This document shows positions 54,057-64,000 of a DNA stretch of 64,000 nt, one piece after another (position 1 is the first letter of the stretch; every line of letters begins with the position of its first letter). The notes beneath the pieces were generated by a model, which ran no database searches, was not told the DNA's origin, and was given only the letters and a program-made list of their open reading frames with translations. Origin of the DNA: Piromyces finnis finn (lineage: Eukaryota > Fungi > Neocallimastigomycota); the NCBI GenBank assembly GCA_002104945.1, contig MCFH01000033.1, positions 62,001 to 126,000 on the forward strand, written 5' to 3'. The translations under genes were made by a program, and so were the position numbers.

Positions 54057-54137
<81 letters not shown>

Positions 54138-54857
54138 TTTTTCTTTTTTTCCTATTTCCACGTATTAATTTATTATTTTAATTTTAAAATTAATTATAAA
54201 TATTAAAATTTCATTTTATATATAGTTCTTGTTATAAAATCATCATCTAAAACAACTAGTCCAGTAGCTAGTAGAAATCATTCAACTGACAATTTAGGTA
54301 GTGCATTTTATGATCGTATAGCGGAAAGAATGATTCAACTTGATAAAAAGCAAAAGCAAAAGGAAAATGAAAAAGTAAAATTTGTTTTAGAATCAGAATC
54401 ATCAGCTAATAATTCATCTGCATCAGAATCAGAATCAGAAGAATCAGAAGTTGTGACTGCTTCAAATTCCAATGCAGCTGGTTCTTCTTCAGTCTCAACT
54501 AATCAAGAAAGAAATAATACAACTATAAATACACCAACATCTAAAACTGTAGTAGATAATGCTACTAGGTATTTGAAGAGTTCTAAGCATAAAATGAATA
54601 AATATAATTCCGATTTCCCAAGTCTTTCAGGAAGCTCTTCTTCTGCAGCTTCAGCTTTATTCGGAACATCTTTAAGTAATAACAATAATAATAATAATCC
54701 ATATGATCGTTCTTCCCAAAAGAATAGATTTAAACCAATGTCACAAAAATTAAAGAGCCAAGAAGAATTCCCATCTCTTCAAAGTACTAATCGTAATAAA
54801 AAGAATACTCAAATAAAACAACCAAGAGCTAAAAGTTCTGTATTAAGAATTGTATAA
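51394..54857 (+). CDS. HEL2: RING and C2H2 zinc-finger E3 ligase, Hel2/ZNF598-like (ribosome quality control); about 7 exons (51394-51756, 52021-52259, ~52359-52587, 52702-52803, 52935-~53812, 53907-~54039, 54227-54857)
   Basis: RING CIICTEDVELYAVGSCNHPICHRCSLRLRILYETKECPYCK, followed by C2H2-like fingers (CGFCMKRFYDDDDLYDHC; HFVCQHPECLEKKFIVFPTEFDLKAHE) and C-terminal EEFPSL/DFPSL motifs. Confidence 0.85.
54061..54133. repeat. (AAT)n microsatellite in a HEL2 intron
   Basis: Uninterrupted aat run. Confidence 0.9.
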
Positions 54858-55244
54858 ATTCTATTTAGTATAATGATAAAGGGTCAATGTTCATGGTGAA
54901 TTTTTATGGGCTTTTTTTTTTTTTTTTTTTTTTTAATTTAATTATTATATAAGTAAAAAGTATTACAAAAAAAAAAAAAAAGTTAAAAAAAGTAATGAAT
55001 AAAATAAAATAAAATAAAATAAATAAAATTTAAATACATTATTGTTATTGTTATGGTTTACTCATTCTGATTAAAATATTATAATTAAACTAAGGAACCA
55101 TGATCAATAAAATTTGTAATTTAAAGATTATTGTATTAATGATAAAAAAAAAAAAAAATTGTATCTCTTTTCTGATTTAGAAACAATTTTATTTTTTAAT
55201 AGATTTTTATTTTTTCAAGTAAAATAAAAAATATTAATAAAATC

Positions 55245-55286
<42 letters not shown>

Positions 55287-55570
55287 TAAAATTAAAATAT
55301 TTGTATATAGGAAGTAAATAATTTTTTATAAAGCTATGATACATTGAATCCATAGTATCAGTAATAATAAAAATAAAATTAGAAAAAAAAAAAAATATTG
55401 ATTTTTTATTCCTCAATAATTAATGTTTATTGTAGAGTAGGACTATATAATATAATAGCTATATTCAATAACATTTTTATTCATTTATTGCTTTTTTTTT
55501 TTTTATTTTCGTAAATGAAAATATAATTTATTTAAAGGTTTATACTTTTATTATATTACATTGGGTATTA

Positions 55571-55641
<71 letters not shown>

Positions 55642-55642
55642 A
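55571..55642. repeat. (AAAT)n microsatellite
   Basis: taaa run with one irregularity, intergenic. Confidence 0.85.
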
Positions 55643-55840
55643 TGTTTCATTGTCTAATATCATATATTTTTTTAAAAAAAAGATGGCATACTTAAATTAT
55701 AAAACAAACTTTATACAATAAATTAAAAATACTTAATAATACTACTCTATTTGAAAACCTCATTCAATAAATAATAGAGAAAGTTGAGATATAACAATAA
55801 AATAGAATTATATTTTGATTTATTGTCTTTTTTTTTTTTT

Positions 55841-56719
55841 CTATAATAAGATATATTTAAATAACCCACAATATAATACCATATATAAAATAAATGACAT
55901 GATGGTGTATCTTGTTAAAGCAAAACTGCCTTCATCATTATTTAATTTTTGTGGAGCTTGTAAATCATTATTAATTAATAGAGTATTATTAGATTGTATT
56001 ATAGTATTATCGGCGGTTTCAGCCGGTAATACATTATTTCCAGGTAGTGATTGTGGTATAACTCCTGATGATATATTAGATAAACAATTTGGTCCATCCA
56101 AGATATCAAGAAAAGATTTTAATTTATCAACGACTTCCTTATTTGCATTAGGAAGTGCAGAAAACTTGTAGTTTGCAGCTATTGCTTGAGTTACACTGTT
56201 ATTACTATCAAGTAAAAATTGTATATATTTTTTAGTAGCTTCTGTACATTTTGGGGAGGAACAAGAATTTTTTATAGAATTTAGTGCAGCTTCGTTCATT
56301 TGCATTTCTGCCATTGGATTATTTTTATATACATTCATGGTATTGGCTAAACCAGTTGTAATTTCATAATCAGTAAATGGACATATTTCACCAGTTTCAC
56401 TTGTTTCACACATGATGGATAAAGTATTTTTAAATATTTCAGCAGAAACAGTAATCAATGATTTAACACTTTGACAAGAAGGAAGAAAACTCATTGGATT
56501 AAAATAAAATTGTTGACATTGAGTTGATTGAGATGTTGCACATACTGAACTTAAATTTTCTTTTGATATTTTTTGACTAATACAACCTTCTATTGCTATC
56601 ATTTCAGCTTTACAAGCTTCTGTGAATCGTCCTGAACTACCATTATTGCTATTAAATGGTGCAGCTAATACTGCACTAATTATACTGGATATAAATATTA
56701 TTTGTGATATGATCTTCAT
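55841..56719 (-). CDS. Secreted 10-Cys protein with hydrophobic C-terminus (divergent family member E), 292 aa, intronless
   Basis: Signal peptide; Cys spacing matches members A, C and D (VCATSQSTQCQ, CETSETGEICP, SCSSPKC); C-terminal hydrophobic segment. Confidence 0.75.
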   Translation of the reverse strand: MKIISQIIFISSIISAVLAAPFNSNNGSSGRFTEACKAEMIAIEGCISQKISKENLSSVCATSQSTQCQQFYFNPMSFLPSCQSVKSLITVSAEIFKNTLSIMCETSETGEICPFTDYEITTGLANTMNVYKNNPMAEMQMNEAALNSIKNSCSSPKCTEATKKYIQFLLDSNNSVTQAIAANYKFSALPNANKEVVDKLKSFLDILDGPNCLSNISSGVIPQSLPGNNVLPAETADNTIIQSNNTLLINNDLQAPQKLNNDEGSFALTRYTIMSFILYMVLYCGLFKYILL

Positions 56720-58084
56720 TTTTTTATTTTTATTTTGGTATATAACGATTGTTTTTTTTTTTTATTGAAATGTATAAAAGAAATATAAAAAAAAAAGATT
56801 TATTTTTAATTGATGCTATTGCTATACAAAATTTAGTAAAATTTCTTCACTTTAGATTTATATACATATGGATAATTTTTTTAGGTAAAGATTTAATAAA
56901 AAAAAAAAAAAAAAAGAAATGATTAAAAGTATTTATAAAAGTTTGGCATAAATAATAATCCTAATATTTTGGTATTATCATCACCATTCACAATAATTCC
57001 TATTTTATATTTATTTAATGAATGGTTAATAATTTTTTTCTTTTTATTTAATATTATAGTTTATATATTAATTAAATATATATTAATATTTGAAAAATAT
57101 ATATTTGATTATACTACATTATATTAAATAAAAAAAGTTTAATAAATAATATTTAAATGAAAGACGGTCAATAGGTTTAATAAAAAATTAAATCCATAAT
57201 TTTATTTTATAATAAATTTGTTTATTATTTTTTTTTGTTTTAAAAATAATTGCCGTTTCCACACACACACAAATATCATTATTATAATATTAATAAAAAA
57301 ATAATATAAATTAAATTCTAATAAATGTAGTTTAATTTTTGGAATGTCACAAATCTCATATTCCTCCTTCTAAAAAGTGGGTGGTGTACTTTAGCTTATT
57401 TCACTTGCGAATACTCTTTAATTTTTTGAAAGTAGAGGAAAAGAAATTAATTTACATTATGTTTTATTATATAATACATAGTGTAAATTGCTATTGAATC
57501 TATAAGTATTATAAATATTATTATCAAATTTATATAAAGATAATAAATAGTGTACTTTATAAGGCATAAAATACTTTATCCTATACTTTTTTTTTTTTTA
57601 TAATAATATTATATAGTAGAATATATTGTATTTTAATTTTAAAAAAAAATAAAGAAAAAAAAAATAATTGTAATAAATAATATTTTTTATTTAATCATTA
57701 ATAATTATTTATCTGAATAAAAAAAAATATTTTTTATTATTTTTTTTATCATTGTTTATAATAAATTTAGATTTAGCAAAAGGGATAATAATGCTTATAG
57801 AATGAAATAATAATATCATAAAATGAAATTGGGTTAACTAGTTTATATTTCATGAACAAAAATTATAATAATGATTTAAAAGTTTAAATGCTAAAAAAAA
57901 AAAAAAAACTGAATAAAAAAGTATGAAAAATTAGGATATGAACTTTTTTTTATTTTATTTTTATTTGGAATAATGTTTCAATTGATATATTTGGAATTTG
58001 ATATTTATATAACAGAAAAAAAAAATAAAAAGATAAGATTTTTTTTTTTTTTATAAGTTTGATTGTTTGTTTAATTTTTAAAGT

Positions 58085-59465
58085 TTATTTTCCGCTAGAG
58101 GCATGCTATCAATATTAATATATATATATATATTTTAGAATATTACCATAATTTTAACAATAACAACATAATATAATAATTAAAATTAATAATAAAAAAT
58201 ATAAAATTATTATTTACCTTTGTAAGCCATTGTAAAGTAATATCAATATTTACATAATTCTTAGCAGAAATAGAATAACAACAAATTTCACGATTACCAG
58301 AAATAGATTTTAAATCTAATTTTTCTATAGTTTCTTCTACTGTTAAAGCATTTTCTAAATCATTTTTATTGGCTAAAACTAATACTGGAATATCAGCTAT
58401 ACAATTAAATTAATATTTTAAAATAAGATTATTAAAAAAATGAAAATAAATATTATCTATTATTCAAATTATTAAATATTCTAATCTTACCTAATTGAGG
58501 CTTTTTTAATAATGAATGAAGTTCAATTTTAGCAGCCGGTATTGATGCTAAATCTGCTGAATCTACTACAAAACTATAAAATGATATATATATTTATTGA
58601 ATAAAAAAATTAGATAAAAGTTCTTTTAATCTTTTTTAATAAATTTTTTTTTTATATGGAGAAACTACTTACACAATAGCATTAACACCTCTACAGTATC
58701 TTTCCCACATTCCTCTAAATCTATTATTTTTTTTTAAAAAAAAATTTTTTTTAATGAATTTGTATATAATTATACTTTTTTAATTTATTTTATAATTTTA
58801 ACCAAAATATACCTGGATTGACCACCAATATCCCATAACTTTTTATTATTAAAAATAAATTAGAATTAATATTATTTAAGGTATAATTCTATTATAACAA
58901 AAGTTTTTTTTATAGGTTTGAAAATCTTACTTTCATAGTGACATTTCCTTTTGTTACTTTTCTCATATTGAAACCAACCTAACATGCAAAAAATTTCAAA
59001 TAATCATTAGAAATTATATTACATAATACTAATTCTTTTATATTTTATTTTTTTTAATAAAATATTTACAGTTGGAATCATATCTTCACTGAATTGGCCA
59101 GACTACATATATATATATTTATATATAGTATTAAATAACAATTATATTGTTATAGATATATTATATATAAGTGACATGCTTACACATATGACATTAACAA
59201 GTGTAGTTTTACCAGAGTATTGAAGACCTACTAAAGTAAGTTCCATTTCCTTTTGGTAACATACAATAATATAATTTTATTTATTTATTTATTTTTGTTA
59301 TTATAATGAAAGGGAAAATTATTAATATTGTACAAATTCAATATACTAAAAAAACTGAACATATATATTTATATATTATATATTATATATATTTGATAAT
59401 ATTATTACTTCTTTGAAAAATAAGCTTCTAAGCCAGTTTAAAAATGATTGAATTAATGATGCCAT
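58085..59465 (-). CDS. ARL8: Arf-like small GTPase Arl8, about 9 short exons (absent from the ORF track)
   Basis: Spliced translation [19 protein letters not shown]|[22 protein letters not shown]|[11 protein letters not shown]|[16 protein letters not shown]|LWDIGGQSR|[16 protein letters not shown]|FVVDSAD...ANKND...SAK...WLTK|HASSGK*. Confidence 0.92.
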
Positions 59466-60039
59466 TTTTTATTATTAATTGTATTTAAATCTAATTTATT
59501 ATATTTATTATTTAGTTTTTTTTAACAATATTTTAAATTTTATAATTATTTCAATTTTTTTTTTTCTTTCAAAATTTTTTGATATCTTTTGTAATATAGT
59601 TTGTATTAAATTTGTTATATTAGAAAATTGAAATGAATAAAATTAATTAATAAACAAATATAGTATTATTAATAGAATAGAGAATAGCTTTTAATATATT
59701 TTAAATTTACTTTGGAAATATATTTTTGTTTGGTAAAAATTTATTTTTTCTCCACTTATTTTAAGATAAAGTTTACTTGATATTGCTAATAATTATAAAG
59801 GATAATAAAGATATATAGAAAATATATTTAGTATATCTTATTTTGTTTTATTTTAAATATATACATATATATATATATATAAATTTTAGCATTTCACATC
59901 ATTCAAATTTCTATTTGAAAATTAACACATTTTATATTATAGTTATATTTATTCAAAAATCCCATTTATAATTTTATGTTTTATTTAATAATATATATTA
60001 ATTTAATAAGTTGTTGAATAAAAAATAAATTGAAAATAT

Positions 60040-60070
<31 letters not shown>

Positions 60071-61666
60071 GAAGCTGGTAATTATAAAGAAAGGGATTAT
60101 GCATAATTTAATTTCATTAAAAATCAACATAACGATGGTTAATATATATGAAAAATATTATTTTAACTTTTAATATATCTATATTTTTAAAATACTGAAT
60201 GGACAATTTATGCAAAATATGTTATATATATTGAAAAATTAAAGTAGAAAAAAAGTTGTATATAAATTATATATAATTTTTTTCTTTCATATAATAATAT
60301 TTCATTGATTAATAATAGTTATTAGGGTGAATTTTCTACTAATAAAAAAGTGGTGATTATTATAACATCTTTTATAATATATTATTTGGATTATTACTTA
60401 TTTCTTTTGCTTGCTTTATTATTATTTTAGTGAATTATCTTCTTAAAATAACTTTTTTTAGTATATGAATTTTCCTAATTTTATTTACTATTTCTTTTTC
60501 GTTTTCTTTTTTTATTTGTTTTAAAATACTTTTTTTTATTTTATTATATTTTATTTATTTGCTACTTTAAAACAAATAATAGTATTATGAAGACTTTTTC
60601 TTATACCAAAAAAATAGTATATTAAGAAAATAAAAAGAAATATTGAAAATTATAAAATGTAATGTTATAGTTGGATATTTGGTATTTTAAATTTTTTTTT
60701 TTTTTTTTAATAAAAAAACATATAAATATCATCAAAATATATATAAATTCGAATATAATTCAAATAACTATATTATTATTAAATTATAAATATTATGTTA
60801 TTTTAGGTAAGACATTATTTATCATTCTAATGAATATTTATTAGTTATTTATTTATTTATTATTCATTTATTCACTTATTTATTTATTATTATTGATATT
60901 TTAAATTATAATTTTTTTTGGTTTATTATTTTTTGAAAATCCAATATATTTAAATATATTATTAAATATATTAATTAATATAATTTATATATAAAAATAA
61001 ATAGAATAATTATAATATTAATAAAAGTATCATTTATTATATGTTGGATTTTGTACAAATGATATATCATGTATTAAATAATATTAATTATAGTATATTG
61101 TAATATATTATGGTAGAAAAAAACACTTATCGCAAGTAGATACTGTTATTATCAAAAAAAAAAAAAAAAAAAAAAAAATTAAAATAGTCAGAGGAAAGCT
61201 TTTATAATGATAAAAGGGAATGAAAATATTATTAAAGAACAAGTTATTTCGTATTATTTTATAATTTAAATATTTTTAGTTTAATATATTGTATGTAAAA
61301 TGACAGTAGTATACTTTAAAATACTTTATCTTTTATAATATAGAAAAGGTTATTTTCTTTTTTTCATATTTTATAAAATAATACATCTTTTATATTTAAT
61401 TTTATGTACATTGCCAATATAGTATACTATTTAATTTTATAGTTTTTACAAGAAAAAAACACTCTATATAATAGAAAAAAGAATAAATAATTAAATGGAA
61501 AAATTATAGTGTTATATTAATAATAAATATTTTTGTTATTATATATAATATTTTATTTATTTATTTTTTTAAATGATATAATGGTGTATTAAATAATATG
61601 AATGATTATTATTTTTTTTTTCATTTTAAATATACAAAAATAAAATAAAATTTAGAAATTAATAAT

Positions 61667-64000
61667 TTATTCGTCGTCGTCGTCGTCGTCATCGTCGTCG
61701 TCGTTATCATCATTCTTTGGACCTTTTTCCTTTTCATCATCTTTTTTCTTACCATCTTCATTAGATTTAGCTTCTTCCATTTTTTGTTTCCAAGCATGAG
61801 CCATAGATAATAATTTAAATACTGGTTTTTCTTTTTCTTCATCTGGGAAGATGTAATCCAAATATTCTTCCCATGTAACTTGATCTCCTCCAGTTTCGTC
61901 TTCAATTCTACGACGTTTCTTGACAATCTTTGGCATCATTTGTTCTACCTTTTTAAGATGTTCTTCATCACCCTTTTCAGTTTCAAATTCTTTCCATGAT
62001 TCTAATAATACTACTCTCTCTTCCTTTAAATTACTCTTCTTTAAATTATCGTATCCTTGTTGGAATACTTTTCTTGCATTTCCAACGGAATCAATGTCTT
62101 CATCGTCAATAGATGCTTCAAAGTTAGCATAACTAATCCAAACCTTTTTTTTTTTTTTGAATAATTATATAATAATAATAATAATAGTAATAATAATAAC
62201 AATTAAGTTGTTAGAATAACTTTGATATAAAAAATTATATATAATAATACTTTTTTTTTTTTTTTTTTTTTAGATATAATAATAAAAAATAATATAAAAT
62301 AAAATATAATGTGTATCTTTTATCTTTTATATATAATAAAATTCACTTTACCTTAACATGATCAGTTCTACTGAGGAGTCTTTTATATAATTCTCTTGCT
62401 TTATCCCATTCTCTTTCATTAACTTCAAAATCAATATAGGCTTTCCATAATACTTCTGGCATATCAAGTACTGGCTGATTAACAGCAATTTCAAATATAC
62501 CTTCAGCTAATTCATTATCACCCAACATAATTTCTAATTCACCATATTTAATCCAAGCATAACAATTTCCAGGATTCCATTCTAAATATTTTTGATAAAG
62601 TTTACGAGCATTATCAAATTCTCTTAATTTTAATTCAATTTCAATATATCCTTTAAATAATTTTTCTTTTGGACAGAGACCAATAGCTCTTCCTAATAAT
62701 TTTCTCATTTTTCCAACCTCGAATCGTCGTATTAAAAATTTGGCATATAATAACCATATTTTTGCAAATGTAAATGTTTTATGTGGTATAATTGATAAAC
62801 ATTTTTCATAAATTTGTTCAGCTCTTTCAATGTCTTTTGTTTCTTGTTCTTCCCAAATAGCATAAAATATCCATAAATATATATATCTTTGCCATAATCT
62901 TTTTTCATTAACCGGTGGTGTTTGACCAACAGCTCTTTCATAAACTTCACGAATTTTTTCTTTATCATTCGTGGTTTCTTCTAATTTTATATAATCTATC
63001 CAACTATCATAATTATTTGGATTATTTTCAACTTCCTAATAATACATACGATGTATATGAGAAATGAGAAATATTTATTTATTATCATATTATTATATAT
63101 ACAAATAAAAAAAAAAAAAGTTAATAAATATGTATGTGTATATAATTACTATAACAATAATGTCATCTATCTATTCTTATCGTACTGTTTAAAAAAAATT
63201 ACCTCTTCGTATTTTATTCTTCTTTTTTGAAGTATAACATCTTCTATACCATCCTTTTGACCAAATTGTTTTTCAAATTGAGTATATTCTTTATATAAAT
63301 TCTTTGTTTTATCTTTTGGAAGGTGATCCAAAGCATATTTATATATTACTCTTGCTCTATCATATTCTTTTAATCTAGTTTCAAACTTGGCGAATGATAT
63401 ATATAAATGTTGATCTATATCTTCTTCATCAAGCGTTGCTAAACATTGTTCATAAATTGCTCTAGCACGTTCTTTTACAATTTAAATTAAAAATATAATA
63501 CCATGTAGTTAAGATTATTTAACAAATTATATAACAATAAAGTTTAAATAGCAAAATAATGAAATAATAAAATATATAAAAAGTAAATATTTATATTATA
63601 ATTAATTAATTTTGTTTTAAAAGCTTTATTTCTATTTACCAATTTCATGATTTTGTTCTTCAAATTTAGAATATTTAATCCAATTTTTTGAATGTTGATT
63701 TAAACTAATAAATCTTTCGTAAATACTTCTAACTCTATCATTTTCATGATATCTGTTATTATAAAATTTATAATATTTTTTATTAAAATTATTATGTATT
63801 TTTACATATATATATATTTTTTAATGTTTACATAATATTTATGTCCATAATAAAAATAATAAATTATTAAAATAAAAATTACCTTTTTTCAAATTTTATG
63901 TAAGCTAACCAAGCGTCTTCTGTTGGTTCCCAATCCATCCATCTTTCAAATACTTGACGTGCTCCTGCAACATTTCCTAACATTTCTTCCATATAAGTAT
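61667..64000 (-). CDS. CLF1: Crooked neck/Clf1/Syf3 HAT-repeat splicing factor, 5' part outside the window; exons about 64000-63883, 63752-63640, 63471-63203, 63035-62352, 62143-61667
   Basis: HAT repeats ([71 protein letters not shown]) and C-terminal [12 protein letters not shown]...[11 protein letters not shown]. Confidence 0.93.

Noticed and set aside
57340-57450. GC-richer island upstream of family member E
   Set aside because: No ncRNA motif, repeat boundary or ORF recognised.

Overview
Extremely AT-rich, intron-rich eukaryotic DNA whose gene content (fungal dockerin/CBM10, CBM1, CotH, PL1, beta-helix/EGF 7TM receptor) points to an anaerobic gut fungus (Neocallimastigomycota). I reconstructed 18 protein-coding genes by hand; several are invisible or fragmentary in the ORF track. 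Bases 1-38.7 kb form an accessory, cell-surface-dominated block: two tandem membrane-anchored GH114 genes, CotH-CBM18x2, a beta-helix/EGF class C GPCR-like receptor, a 4-dockerin+CBM1 metallophosphoesterase, four Cys-rich GPI-type paralogues, a bacterial-looking PrcB_C-like gene, CBM1-PL1 pectate lyase and a bacterial-looking GNAT. Bases 40-64 kb are mostly housekeeping: ARP3, INCENP-like, HEL2/ZNF598-like, ARL8 and CLF1 (5'-truncated), plus a fifth Cys-rich paralogue. The strongest unannotated signal is a complete SINE-like retro-insertion at 50514-51074. It has a tRNA-Ala(AGC)-like head with a perfect B-box, a ~42% GC non-coding body, a 3' stem-loop, a 27-nt poly(A) and an exact 15-bp target-site duplication, and it sits about 320 bp upstream of HEL2. 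The second is the five-member family of secreted, GPI-type proteins with a shared Cys scaffold (10 Cys in four members, 8 in one) that I cannot assign to a known domain. No database searches were run; family names come from motif recognition and coordinates from manual reading.
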